From the human T2T-CHM13v2.0 reference genome, Homo sapiens, in NCBI RefSeq assembly GCF_009914755.1, contig NC_060927.1: 64,000 nucleotides of DNA. One strand, given 5' to 3'. Each line of letters opens with the position of its first letter. Position 1 is the first letter of the stretch. The notes under the pieces were generated by a model, which made no database searches, was not told the DNA's origin, and saw nothing but the letters and a program-made list of their open reading frames with translations. Both the position numbers and the translations under genes were made by a program. Shown piece by piece: positions 38,560-58,518 of the stretch.

Positions 38560-39260
38560 TCAGAAGGTGCAAAGATTAAAATATAAAAAGGTTAAACCAT
38601 AAAATTATTAGAAGAAATCAGGAAGAAATCCCAGGGTGGGGAAGGCTTTCCTAGGTATGACTTCAGACCCAAAAGCTATAAATATACAATTTTAAAAGAT
38701 GCATTAAAAAAACATAAAAAAATACAATTTTAAAAGATGCATTAAAAATAACATAAACAAAAAACACAGTCTCAACGAGATATTTTTACAACTATGCTCA
38801 TTGCAGCATTATTCACAAGAGCCATGAGGTCAAAACAGCCCAAATGTCCATCAACAGATGAATAAAGAAAATGTGATATATACATACAATGGAACATTAT
38901 TTAGCCTTAAAAAAAGAAATCTTGTTAAATGCTGCAACATGGATAAATCTTGAGGACATTATGCTGAGTGAAATAAGCTAGACATAAAAAAGACAAATAC
39001 TGTATGAGTCTATTAATGCAAGATATGTACAGCAGTCAAAATCATGGAAACAGAAAGTTAAATGATGGGTGCCAGAGGCTGAGGGAAGGGGGAATAGGCA
39101 GTTGTTGTTTGATGGGGATAGAGTTTCAGTTTTGGGAGATGAAAAAATTCTAAAGATCTGTTATACAACCATGTGAATATAGTTAACACTAATGAACTGT
39201 GCACTTAAAAATGACTAAGAGGGTGAACTATATATTTTTTTACCATAATAAAAGATAAAA
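38560..39260 (+). mobile_element. Old LINE-1 fragments incl. 3' end (L1MB-like)
   Basis: cagcattattcacaa...cccaaatgtccatcaacagatgaat...cttgaggacattatgctgagtgaaataagc...gaactgtgcacttaaaaatg; ~38-bp tandem duplication at 38684-38757. Confidence 0.75.
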
Positions 39261-39414
39261 AAGTTTTTTTTAAAGTAAACTGAATAATGCTGAAGGTGAG
39301 GTGAAAAACTTTTTTTAATAATTGGTTTTCCTCATAATCCCATTTCTTTTCCCTTTACTCTGGTGTTTAAAGCTTTTATGCCATCAAACACTTCAGAAAA
39401 CCCACCGTCTTTCC

Positions 39415-39715
39415 TTTTTTTTTTTTTTTTTTTTGAGACGGAGTCTTGATCTGTCGCCCAGGCTGGAGTGCAGTGGCGCCATCTTGGCTTACTGCAAGCA
39501 CCACCTCCTGGGTTCACGCCATTCTCCTGCCTCAGCCTCCTGAGTAGCTGGGACCACAGGCACCCGCCACCACGCCCAGCTAATTTTTTGTAGTTTTAGT
39601 AGAGACGGGGTTTCACCTTGTTAGTCAGGATGGTCTCGATCTCCTGACCTCGTGATCCACCTGCCTCAGCCTCCCAAAGTGCTGGGATTATAGGCGTGAG
39701 CCACCGCGCCCAGCC
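39415..39715 (-). mobile_element. Alu (AluY)
   Basis: ttcacgccattctcc, ctcctgacctcgtgatcc; full dimer. Confidence 0.93.
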
Positions 39716-40273
39716 CCCTACCTTCTTTCCTTTATGCCATTAGGAGAATGTGCCACTTGTAATTACTTCTCTTACCATCCCAGTCATTCATTCATTTAAT
39801 ATGTATCAAGCACATACTGTGTGCTAGATCCTGTTCTAGACAGTGTGGATTTAGCAGTGAACAGAATTCCTACACTCAACGACCTATATTCTAATGGAGG
39901 GGGCACATTAAACAACAAGTAAATATATAGTCTGTCTGATGGTGTCAAGGGCTCCAGAATAAAAGATGAGCGGGGCAAGGAATGCCAGGACATAAGTAGG
40001 TTACTATTGTGCACAGTGCAATCAAGGGAAGCATCATGTAAGCTGATAACTTGAGTAAATACCTGAATAAAATGGACCATGAAGGTGGATATCCAGGGAA
40101 AGTGTGTTTCACATAGAGGGACCACCAAGGGCAAAGGCCCAGAGGCAGGAACAGCTTGATGGGTTTGAGGGAAAGCAAGGAGGCCCATGTAGCTGGAGGA
40201 GAGTGAACGGACGGGGAGAGAAATGGAAGTTGTGTGGGGAGTTGGTGCTAACTTTTTGGGTCATTATATAGAC

Positions 40274-40493
40274 CAAGCTGTTCAACCTGCGACCTGCAGT
40301 CTGCATGCAGCCCAGGACAGCTTTGAATGTGGCCCAACACAAATTCGTAAACTTTCTTAAAATATTATGATTTATTTATTTTTTTATTTTTATTTTTTTA
40401 GCTCATCAGCTTTCGTTAGTGTATTTTATGTGTGGCCCCAGACAATTCTTCTTCCTGTGTGGCCCAGGGAAGCCAAAAGATTGGACACCCCTG
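40274..40493 (-). mobile_element. MER30 (hAT-Charlie)
   Basis: Reverse complement of the 23711-23936 element; ends ccaaaagattggacacccctg; near-TSD atatagac/aatagac. Confidence 0.85.
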
Positions 40494-40674
40494 AATAGAC
40501 TTTGGTTTTTACTGTGAGCAAGATGAGAGCCATTGGGGATGCTGAGCAGAGTGGCACGATGTAACTTATGATTTAGATGGTTTCTCTGGCAGCAGGGTAG
40601 GTAATAAGAGGGAGAAGATAGAAGTAGAAAGATGAGTCAGGAGAGAGGTGGTGGTGGCTGAGACCAGATGGTAT

Positions 40675-41326
40675 TGTCGGGGCTCAAAAATGATACCCCA
40701 ACATGAAGGCCTCAGAAGCAAACATCTATCTCTATCTGACCTTTTCCTGCCCTCCTGGCTCTGGCTTCTCATTCTCCCTGAGGCTAGCCATAGAAAGTAG
40801 AATTACTCTTCCCCAAGGCAGTTCATAGAAACCAGAACTCCTTTTCCCCAAAGCTAACCATAAAACCATAAGTATTTTTAAATATTACTCTAACTTTCCC
40901 TCCACCTTTTTGTGTAAAAACTGGCCCTAAAGGAATTATCTGACCTTTCTTGTTTGATTTTAGGCCATAAGACCGCCATTCCAGAGAGGGCCCTGCCCCA
41001 TACCCAGGAGGAAGGAATGCTGCACAGAGCGGCCAAGAAAAATCTGAACAGACAAGCCTTGCAGGGTTTCCCCATTCAATCTATTAGAATTAGATCATAT
41101 CCTTTTTGTCCAATCACATTTCTTCACAGCTGTTTATACTTTGTTGAATCTAAGCATAAAAATGGATAGTTTCCCCTGTATCTTTGGGTCTTCATTCTGA
41201 AAGCTCCAATGTCACATAAAACTATGATCGAGGACATTTATGTGCCTTTTCTCCTATTAATCTGCCTTTTGTCTGCTGGTTTTCAGCAGCCTTCAGAGGG
41301 CAAAGAAGTCTTCTCTTCACCTTACT
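40675..41326 (+). mobile_element. ERV1 solo LTR (MER39-like)
   Basis: tgtcggggctcaaaaatgatacccc...ctagccatagaaa...ttttccccaaagc...cttttctcctattaatctgcc. Confidence 0.65.
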
Positions 41327-42579
41327 ATAGCAATGGAGGTGTGAAAAGTGGTCAGATTCTAGGTACATTGTGAAGGCTGGTGGAGATTTCTAATAGATTG
41401 GATGTGAAGTGTAGGAAAAAGAACAGAGTCAAAAATGAGTCTGGAGTTTTTGACCCAAACAGCTGCCAGAATGGAGTTACTGTATACTGAGACAGGGAAT
41501 GCTACAAGAGAAGAAGATTTGCTGGAATGATATTAGGAGCTTAGTTTGGGACATGCTAAATCAGACATGCAAAGTTGGGTCAAGTAGGCAATTAGATATA
41601 TGAGTTTTACGCTCAGTGGACAGATCAAAGCTGGGAATAAAAGTTAGGACATCATCAGCATAGAGATGGTATTTAAAGCCAGTAGACTAGATGAGACCAG
41701 CTAGAGAGTAAATGTAATTAAGAAAGAGTTCTGTGGAAGGAGCCCTGGGGTGCTTTAGGGTGGGGACATAGGGAAGAAGCCGCAGACAGGGAAGAAAAGC
41801 CAGTGCCAGTGATGTGGGAGATAATTGTTTTCTCAGAAAATATCCCTTTTTGAATGACTCTGATTATCAAATAACTTTTTGTTTGGTCAATGCTAATATA
41901 TATTTCTACAGTGTTTTTAATCAGTTGCCATAATGCTGTTTACTCCTGGTTACATGAGCTGTGTTGATCCTGGATCACTCTTGAATGGTAAGGCCAATTC
42001 ACTGGATAGAGTGCCCACAGTGTTTTCCCTATAGATGCTTTAAATGTCTTTTTCTTTTTGGAATGGAACACATGTTATTATATAGGCTTACATATGAATA
42101 GTTAAAATAAGGTAATTTATCAAGAAGTTTTTTAAAAAATATGTGACCGTATTTAGAGATGCAGTGTTTGTTTTTTAATAGGATGCAAATCAACTGTCTA
42201 TAATGTTTTATCTCAATGAAAATCATGTATAAGAATCCCAGTCATACTATATTTGTTACCTAACCTTCCTTTTCATTCATTACTCATCCTCAGCAATCAA
42301 TAACAGCCTCTCTGCAGCCTCTTAAAATGCAGTGAACCTATTGATTTCACTTGTTATTGCATCTCCCTCCCCTGCCGCTGGCTACAAATTACTCTTAAGT
42401 CAGAAAAGGTGGTAAGATAGTAAGACTATATATAGACTGTCCTCTTCTGTTCTCTCCAAAAAGCTTTTTTTTTCTATTTAACTAGGAAGTGATAAAAGCA
42501 AAGCTCAGGACCAGCTGTAAGTTATATGTCCTACAGTTGAAATCTTCTGTACTTTAAAACCAAACATTTTGACTTGCTC

Positions 42580-42748
42580 TATACTATTAATTAAGCACAG
42601 GAAGCAATGCTTACTGTGATTTATCTTTTCCTAAAGATGCATTACAGAAGATATTCAAATATAATATGTCACTTAATGGAAGTAGTTGTTTCAACTCCAA
42701 ATTATAAAATATCCATGTTAGTTGTTTTTATGTCTCTATTCTAATTTA
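42580..42748 (+). repeat. Left copy of ~170-bp direct repeat flanking L1-D
   Basis: Aligns to 46962-47148 with 8 substitutions and 2 indels. Confidence 0.95.
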
Positions 42749-46959
<4,211 letters not shown>

Positions 46960-46961
46960 TT

Positions 46962-47501
<540 letters not shown>

Positions 47502-50460
47502 AGGATTTTTAAGTGTAGTAGAAACTAGTATAAGCACTAATGCTTCAGATTTCTCAGACTTGCCTTCATGTTTTGGTTTGGGATATTTGGGGATGGGGGG
47601 AGTCATATTGTAACACCTCCAAGCAACTGAAATCCACCACTTACGGTGCAAAATCATTATGCCTGAGTTTCCTTGGTGCTGTATGCAGGCAACCACTTCC
47701 ATTTATTGGAGCTGGCAAAGAATCTTTGCTATTAAATGGGAAAAGGTCACAGTTGTAAATCAAGGAGCAGTAAGTCTTTTAGGTGTGTGTAGGGCAGTTG
47801 GTAGGGGGAGTAGCAAAGGGGGGTGAATGGGAGAAATTTGTAATGGCTTCTCTTAACACCACTCACACACATCAAAAGCATCATAATACACATTTCTATT
47901 TGGACATATTCTATTTTTAAATTAATAATCATGCGCTATCCTTCCTTCCCCTAAACCAGCTGGAAAGCTTAGTAGTTATTTACAGGGCACCTCAGTGAAA
48001 TTAGCAGTAGACTGAAACATGACTGTGCCACTGATATGTGCAAGTTCTTCATAAAACCTCATTACCAGGGCCTGGAGATAATGCAGTTGTAGTAAAACAA
48101 AACAATTTGTCAAATGTGATCTGAAATCCTAAAGGGGATTTTCCAGCAGCTATATTTTGTTAATGCTGGTGCTGACTGAGTTGATCAGAATATGCAAACT
48201 ATATCTCTAAACTGGTCATTATTTACATGCTTCAGCTGCACTCACTAATTAAATCCCTGGAGTTATTTCTGACACCTACCACCTGGGACCTGTTTCCAGA
48301 CAAAGGCTTTCCTGTGGCACACAGCCGAGATAGGTCTGGGCCCTTCTGTTTCATGTCAGAATAAATATTTCAGCTCTGAGGCTTTTTGTTTAACTGGATT
48401 CAGTGGTTCTCTTGATTTGCGTTATTTCTTTTACCAGGAATCAGTTTACCAAGCTAGCTGTTGTTTGGATGGGCTAATTAAAACCTGCTCAGTGTGTGTG
48501 CAGGCAGCCTCTAAGCCAAATATTGCCCTACCCAGAACTTGGATAAAAACATGGCATTTGTATTTATTAGAACAGATGAGCCTTGTGACTTACCCCTAGC
48601 TAATCTGACTCTAGTGTTTGCTTTTTTCATTGTATGCCCTTCTGAATGTACGTCCCACCTTAAAAAGTGAGGAGTGCCCACAGTTCCCAGCCCTTGAGAA
48701 ATCCCATGGAAAGGAGAGACGTGGCCTGGGTGTTCCTGAGAACAGTCCTGCTGTCAACTTCATGGGTGGCAGGTCACCAAAAGGTGTGTCTATATCACAT
48801 ATGATATTTGGTCTCATGAGACACTTCGGAATTAGTTATTTATACTATTTTTATCAAGGTTTCATGCAAAGTGGATAACCAGTTATAGAAGCTTTGCTGA
48901 TACTGCCGTTCTTTTGAGTGGAGGCATTCTATCTAGGCAACTGGTAAAAAAAAATCCAAATATTGTTTCAGATAGTTAAATGCATTAGACTATGATCTCC
49001 ATCTACATCAAACATTTATTCATTTCTGTCATATTGCATGGTCCTATATTCTAGGAGAGGCCTATCATATTCCCCTAAGGAGCTTGTAGTCTTGTGAATG
49101 AAACAGATATGCAAACAAATATTTCCAGTACAATGTGATAAATTGTCTCTCAGATTTCTAAATTGGGTAAGTATGTGTATGATGATGCCCTAACCAAGAT
49201 ATGGAACGCTGAAGAAGGAACAGGTTGAAGGAGGAGAGATGGAGGGAGATGTTAAATTGGATTTCACACGCTCACAGGACATTCAGGCTGAAGTTTCTAG
49301 TAGGCAGTTCTAAATGCGGCTTATAAGATAGATGAGGAACTCCTTGCCAGAAAATATTATTTCATCATGTTCCTATTAGAGGGCGAGGCATGGTACAAAT
49401 ATATTTTGATAGGAGAGGTGAATAAACAAAAGATTGAGAGTGGAGGCTACCCTGGTAGGACATCAGGTTGGGGAAAAGTAAGCTTTTCAAGAGCAGCTTT
49501 CCTAATTCTCAATTTTATTTAGAGTGTGCTCTGATTATAACAATATGTGGATGGTGTGGAGACTTTCTGAGAGATTAACCAGTGAATAAGTCTTTAAGAG
49601 AAGAATGCTTGCTCATCGACTGGGTATTCATTTGGAGAAGATTGTGTTTTCCAGTTTCTTAGAAGATAATATTTGGAGTATTATCTGAACAAAACATAAT
49701 GCACTTCTTTTTTTTTCTTCTTCTTTATGCTTATCTTGCCAAGTCATGAAAGAGCCAATTTGAAATATTTCAACTGATATTTCTAGCTAGAAATGAATGG
49801 ATTTTTGAAACATTTCATTACTGTACTTAGAAAGTGTAACTGTGGATAGAGATGATTCATAGTCTTCTTTTTCGGAGGTGGATTTTTAGAAAAAAGAGTG
49901 GGGTGTGTCTCCAGTTATCTTAAGGGTGAAATTCTCCCAAATGATCTCAAACTAAAGAACATTTTAAAATCAGTGCCATGGTGAAATTTGAAGAGGGAAG
50001 AAAATGTCACAGAATACAATAAATAGAAAATTATCAGAACTCCAAGGAATTTGAGGGAGATTAGATATAGAGAAGTGTCATATTTTTGTTTAGACCAATT
50101 ATGGAGTCTGAGCATCTTGACACAATTGATTATGTTGATTGGCTCTTCAGTAGCATTTTCATTTCTTCACAAAACTTATCCAAAAACCTTCAAGTTTCGA
50201 GTACCTAGCTGAATAAACTACCTACTTTTTGGTGCCTTACCAAGGGTCCACAGTGTTCTATTTTCTGAAGTAAATGCCAACCTCAGAAGTAAGTGCCCAT
50301 TATGCCTATTGTATTACAATTTTTCTAAGCCCAGAATTGTCGTGGGAGGTTGAAAACATTCCAGTGGTCAAAGAAAGAGAGCAGTTAGCTCATTTAAACC
50401 CTCTTCCATATCCCATTCTGTCCTTGGTGAAAAGGTGCCAGCCTGTTTTTATAAGAATAA

Positions 50461-50560
50461 ATCTATTTGACAGACCTGGGGCAGTTCTTGTCTGCTGCTA
50501 AGGTTTCCACTACAAATACAAGGAAAAAGTATTGCCGAGGTTGAGTAGGGAAATACAGGG
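50461..50560 (+). pseudogene. Probable SNORA31-family H/ACA snoRNA retrocopy, internally deleted
   Basis: atctatttgacagacctggggcagtt...ctgctaaggtttccactaca...ttgagtagggaaatACAggg resembles recalled SNORA31-type sequence; ACA 3 nt from the end; A-rich hinge; no search done. Confidence 0.55.
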
Positions 50561-50701
50561 GAAAAACAGAGTTTTTGCATCCTAAAATAACCTTGGAATC
50601 TGTAAAGCACCTGCTTTACTCCAATGAAGTACCTAAAATTTGAGTTTACACTAGAGGTTCTAGAAAATTTCCCCTATTACCCTAACCTGATTGAATATAG
50701 C

Positions 50702-50764
50702 TTTAAAAGCTTAAAATTAATAACAGCAAGATACTTTTAAAAGCTTAAAATTAATAACAGCAAG
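50702..50764. repeat. 29-bp perfect direct repeat (period 34)
   Basis: tttaaaagcttaaaattaataacagcaag x2. Confidence 0.9.
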
Positions 50765-51493
50765 CCAATGACTCCTTAAAAAAAAAGAATGGGGTATACA
50801 TCTTGACATTATTTAATTCAGCTGTCAATCTTAAAAGATAAATTTGCATTCAGACTGTGTATGCATGTGTTAGCCTCCTCACAGATTACGTGCTGGCAAC
50901 CCCATTCTGTGCAGGGACTCCTTAGGAAGGCCATCTTTATAGAATTCTCCATGGTGGATCACAAAGAGAGGATTTGCATTTACACATAAAAGACCATAAC
51001 GCATCAATTTTAGAAAGAGCTTCTTTCATTTTACAAATAAATTGGCCCTAAATAAGAATATTTCATGTAGAAATCTTGAAATGTATTTTGTTTATTCAAT
51101 AGTAATAATATCAAATGGTTTTCATATGTTCTCTCTTCTTTCTATGAACATGAAAGGTAGCATAGATATTTTTACAAATGGAATTCCAATATTATTGCTT
51201 TGGAATTTTTTTAAATTTGTGTTTAAGATACTATAAACTACAATTGATGATAAAGATCATTTAATTAGTTTAGGACTAGAGTTAATTAGCATTTTAATGA
51301 AATGGAATCATATCTCTTTAGGAATTTTGTAGCATTTCAGGATTATGGATATTTTTTCTTGTAGTATAAATATTTATTATACACTTTCCAATTATTATGA
51401 AGCTGATATAAAATTTAAACCTAAAAATAATGTTTCTAACAATATCACTTAATAGTCAGAAAAAATTTTGAGAAAACAAATTAACCATCTTAC

Positions 51494-51577
51494 TTGTAGG
51501 AAGCTGATGACAAGAATCGAAGCAGAACTGCACATTTTCCAAGGTATGTTCCTTGGCATCTCGGCATTCCAGGCATT
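51494..51577 (-). other. Candidate 84-nt internal exon (unknown transcript)
   Basis: Minus strand: tgtttttccctccag|AATGCC...CTACAA|gtaaga; unique sequence; no stop codon in any frame. Confidence 0.35.
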
Positions 51578-51910
51578 CTGGAGGGAAAAACATTTGGGAT
51601 ATGTTGCATACCATGACCTTCTTTGGAATTCACTATTTGACATTATATTAAAGGCTTTGTAAGACTGATAGATAGTTTAACTGGCTTTAACTTTGAGAAC
51701 TTGTTATTTCCCCAACTTATTGAGGCATGAACCCTTTTACTGAATAACTTCTATCTATATTCAGCTGAATTGGCTATCCACAGAAACCACTTCGGGAAAC
51801 ATTGAACTAGAGGATAAGATTATTTGATTAATTTGGTTAATTATTTTAGATAATACTATAGATGATGCTCAAAATTGCAACCCAAATTAAGATACTTGTG
51901 GTCATTCTGG

Positions 51911-52229
<319 letters not shown>

Positions 52230-52576
52230 ACCAATTCTTTTTTAACTACTAAAATAAATTCTGGACACTTTTTGGTGAGGTCAACAGCTGGTTTTTAGCT
52301 ACTACAAAGATGGAAATTTGTTCAGAAGTAAGATAGAATCAAAGTACCATTTAGCAGTAAGAGTTTTGTATATAGAACAAACTTTCAAATAAATAAATTT
52401 GAGTGAGTTTGTGTTACCTGTCACTGCTGCATCATCAGTCAGTTAGCTCAGGGCATTTACTGCATGATATATGTCCACTAGGGTCACAGTAATGCATTAA
52501 CAAGATGATATGTCATATAATTAGTTGGCCTTTTTCTCTAAAATCATAAACGAAGCTAACTATAAAATGTTGTGCT

Positions 52577-52910
<334 letters not shown>

Positions 52911-55365
52911 TCAATTTTATACTCTAATATATACTGGCATTTCAAAATATTTGAACATATATTTAAGTCCTGAACCCTCGTGTAGGCAAATTGGTTATTT
53001 ATTTCTACACCAGGACATCTAAAATAATACCCTGTTTCCTCCCTTTAAACTTATAAGTAATTGAGAAATAAGACATAGGAGACAGTCAAGTAGCAAGAAG
53101 CAAAATAACAGCTTTACTTCTAATAAAGCTGATTGAGGAAACTGACCTTAACATAAGCAAGGCTCATGTTTCAGAGAAGCATTTCAGAGAAGGGGAAATA
53201 GGAATGTCCCTTAAATAGTTGCTAAACCTTATCAACTAACTAGGGAAATGCAAGTGAAATCACCATAAGATACTGTTTTGCCCATACCATAGAATTAATT
53301 GGAAGTGCTCCTTCCTCTTGTATTTTTTGGAAAAGTTTGTGAAGAATTGGTTGGCATTAATTCTTCATTGCATGTTTGATAGAATTCACTGATGAATCCA
53401 TCTGGGTCAGGGTTTTTCTTTATGGGAAGCTTTTGATTACTAATTCAATCTCTATACTTGTTATAGGTCTGTTGGGATCTTCTGTTTCTTCTTGAGTCAA
53501 TTTTATCAGTTTGTGTTTTTTTAGGAACTTCTAAGTTTCATCTACATTATCTAATTAATCTAATTTATTGGTATACATTAAATTGTTCATAGTATTTTCT
53601 TATTATCCTTTTATTTTATTGATATAAAGTTGGTAATGATGTCCCTTCCTGTATTCCCAATCTTGGTAATTTGAGTCTTCTCCCCTTTTTTTCTTCATCA
53701 ATCTAGCTAAAGTTTGGTCAACTTTGGTGATCTTTTTTAAGAGCCTACTTTTGTTTTTGTTGTATCTCTATTTTTGTATCATTTATTTATGCTCTAATCT
53801 TTATTATTTTCTTTCTTCTTTGGGGTTTAGTTTGCTCTTATTTTCTAGTTTCTTAGGGTGGTAGCTTAGGTTTTTTATTTGAGAGCTTTCTTCTTTAATA
53901 TAGGTGTTTATAGCTGTAAAAACACTTTAGCTGTATCCCATAAGTTTTGGGTGTATGTTCATTTCCACTCATCTCAAAATATTTTCTAATTTCCCTTGTG
54001 ATTTCTTTTTTTGATACATTGGTTATTTAGGATTGTGTTCATGACTTCTTTATATATTGTTACATTTTCCAAATTTATTCTGCTATTGATTTCTAATTTC
54101 ATTCGTTTGTGGTCAGAGAACATACTTAGTATGTTTCTAACCCTTTTAAATTTATTTAAGTTTTGTTTTATAGTCTAACCTGGAGAATGTCCTGTGTATA
54201 CCTGATAAGAATGTATAATCTGTCTTTATTGGGTGGAGTGTTCTATACATGTCTGTTAGGTCTAGTGGTTTTCTAGTATTGTTCAAGTCTTTTATTTATT
54301 TATTTCCTTTTTAATCTTCTGCCTCGTTCTATCTATTAGTGGAAGTGAGATTTTGAAGTTGTCATCTATTATTGTTGAACTATCTATTTTCCTCTTTAAT
54401 TCTGTTAGTTTTTGCCTCACGTATTTTAGAGCTCTGTTGTTATGTGCATATATATTTATCTCCCTGATGTATTCACCCTTTTATTGTTTTAAAATATCCT
54501 TTTTTGTCTCTAGTAATAATTTGTCTGAAGTATATTTTTTCTGATATTCGTAAAGCTACTCTAGTTCTCTTCTGGTTTTTTTTATAGCATACTTTACTCT
54601 TTACTCTTAACATATTTGTGCCATTGGATCTAAAGTATTTTCTAGAAAGCACATAGTTGGATAAGATTTAAAAATCTATTTTGCTAATCTCTGCCTTTTT
54701 ATTAGAATTTTTAATTCATTTATGTTTAAGGTAATTACCTACAAGTTAAAAGTTATGTTTACTATTTTACTATTTGTTTTTTATATGTCTTATGTATTTT
54801 GTTCCTTTATCACTCCATTATTGCATACTTTTGTGTAGCTAGATGTTTTCTGTTTTAATTCCATTTTTTTTTTTTTTACCCTTAGTTACTTTTTGAATGA
54901 CTGCTTGGAGACTGCAAGTAACACCTTAGCTTCAAAATATCTAGTTCATATTAATTCTAAACTAATTTCGATTTTAAACAAAGACTTTGCTTTAATATAC
55001 CACTATTCCCTCCCCATTCTCTGTGCTGTTGTCAACCAAATTATATGCTTATACATTATAATGTCATCAATAATTTCATAATTATTTCTTTATGCATTTA
55101 TTTTTTAAATTAGAAGAAAAAAGTTAACAAATAAGATCAAATTAGAACAAAATATAATTCTTTTTAAATTAAAATCCTGCTTCTGTAAAAAAATACATTT
55201 CTATTGTCTATTATATTTACTTAATTATTGGTTACATTTGTTTATATATTCATGTGGATTCAAATCACTGTTTAGCATCCTTGTATTTCACTTTGAAGGA
55301 TTCTATTATGAAATCCTTTTTTTGTTCAGGGCTTCAAGTGACAACTTTTCTCAGTTTTTATCTGA

Positions 55366-55689
<324 letters not shown>

Positions 55690-56721
55690 TCTCCTTCATT
55701 TTTGAAGCACAATTTTGATGGATGGAGAATTCTTTGTTGACACTCTTTTCATGAGCACTTCGATATGTTGTCCCACTGCCTTCTGATGTCCATGGTTTCT
55801 GATGAGAAATCAGCTGTTAGTCTCATTTGAAACTTTCTTGTACATTATGAGGGTTTTTTTTTTTTTTCTCTTGCTGCTCTCAAGATTCTCTTTCAGTCTT
55901 TGGCTTTTAACAGTTTGATTGTATGTCTTGGTGTGGATTTCTTAGAGTTTATTCTACTTGGAATTTGTTGAGGTTCTAGGATGTATAGATTAATGTATTT
56001 CATCCCATTTTGTAAGTTTTGGCCATTATTTCTTCAAATATTCTTTTGTTCCTTTCTCTGTCTCATCTCCTTTAGGGAATCCTATATATGTTGTTGCAAT
56101 TCATGATGTTCCACAGATTGTTAAGGCTCTGCTCTATTAAAATTTTTTAAAATTCTTTTTTCTATCTATTTCTCAAATTAGGTAATGTCAATTGACCTAT
56201 CTTCAAGTTTGCTGATTCTTTATTATGCCTCCTCATATCGGCTGTAAAATCCTTCTATTGAATTTTTCATTTCATTTACTACGCAAATATAAACCAGAAT
56301 TTCTATTTGGTAATTTGGTAATTTTTTCATTGATACTCTCCATTCAATGAGATATCATCCTTATACTTTCCTTTAGTTCTTCAGACACAGTTTTCTTTGA
56401 TTCTCTAAACATACTATGATAGTGGATTTAAAGTTTTTTTCTTGAAAGTCTAACATCTGGGCTTACTTGGGGGTAGTTTCTACTATTAGTTTTTTATCCC
56501 TGTGTATGGGCCGTACTTTCCTGTTTCTTTGCATTTCTTATTTTTTTTCACTTCTTGCTTGTGTAGGGCCATAAAGTCATCTAGAGGTAATAAATTAGGG
56601 CCTTTTAAGGTCTTTTCTGCACATGCACACAGTCTTACACATGTATCCCAGGAATATGTTGGAGCTTTTCAAATTCCACTGTGGACATCCATTTCCCAAA
56701 TCTTCCCCTTAAGATTTTTGG

Positions 56722-57054
<333 letters not shown>

Positions 57055-57144
57055 TTAAATAATTGCCACTGATTGCTTTTAACCAATACCCTGGGGATAG
57101 GGCTTTCCTACCTCGGAAGCTCTGAATCAGATCAAATAAGCTCT

Positions 57145-57441
<297 letters not shown>

Positions 57442-57866
57442 GGAAGCTCTGCAAATGAGGTTTTTCCAGTGAGCTCCCAGACAGGTCAGATGGTGACAGT
57501 TTTCTGGGGATGGAGCTCTTCTTCAGAGTTCCAAACCTCCTCATCCCCTTTTCATGATGGTTAGGCTGCTAATTTTCACAACCACTGTGAATACAAGGCT
57601 GCTAGTTTTCAAGGTTGCCACAGAGTTGGCTAGAGAGGAATGAGAATAGGGTGAGTTAAAACAACACAAAGCTCACTCTTCTTACCAATATTCAGCCATT
57701 TTCTTCTTAAATAAGCATGCCTTAGTTTGTTGAAAGCTTCAGGCTAATTTCTAGAATTCTGAAAAAGTTGTTTTTAACAATTTTTTCCAGTGTTCTCATA
57801 GTTTCGTGGAAGAGCAGACTTTTGGAAGTGCTTACCCTGCCATTCCAGAAGTCTCTTATGTATAGG

Positions 57867-58518
57867 TGCTATGGTTTGAATGTTTTCTCACCAAAACTGA
57901 GGTGTTGCCTGTGTGACAGTATCAAGAGGTGGGGCCTTTAAGAGGTGATTAGGCCATGAGAGCTTCTCCTTCATGAATAGGTATAAGGCCCTTATAAAAG
58001 ATCCTTCATGCCAGGTACAGTGGCTTGCGCTTATAATCCCAGCTACTCAGAGGGCTGAGGCAGAAGAATCACTTGAGGCCAGGAGTTTGAGACCAGCCTG
58101 GAAAACATAGTAAGAATCCACTTCTAAAAACTTAAAAAAAATAAATAAATTAGCCAGGCATGGTGGCATGTGCCTGTAGTCCCAGCTACTCAGGAGGCTG
58201 AGGCAGGATGATCCTTTGAGTTAAGGAGTTCGTGGCTTCATTGAGCTATGATCACATCACTGCACCTTAGCCTGGATGACACAGCAAGACCTCATTTGTA
58301 AATGAAAAAAAAAAAAAAAAGAGTCTTCATGCAGCATTTGGTTAGCTTGCCCTTCTATCTTCTACCATGTGAGGACTCAGCAAGAAGGCCCTCACTAGAG
58401 GCTGGTGCCTTGATCTTGGATTTCCCAGCCTCCAGAACTGTGAGAAAATTAATTTCTGTTCTTTATAAATTACCCAGTCACTGGTATTTTGTTATAGCAG
58501 CACAAATAAACTAAGACA
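57867..58518 (+). mobile_element. MaLR solo LTR (MST-like) interrupted by Alu
   Basis: tgctatggtttgaatg...ctaagaca; 5-bp TSD atagg 57862-57866/58519-58523. Confidence 0.85.
58010..58320 (+). mobile_element. Alu (AluJ)
   Basis: Dimer inside the LTR; TSD aaaaga(tc/gt)cttcatg. Confidence 0.9.

Larger units (their letters stand above)
39782..41800 (-). mobile_element. L2 LINE (interrupted by MER30 and an LTR)
   Basis: L2 3' end cattcattcatttaatatgtatcaagcacatactgtgtgctag, with L2 body continuing after the insertions. Confidence 0.7.
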
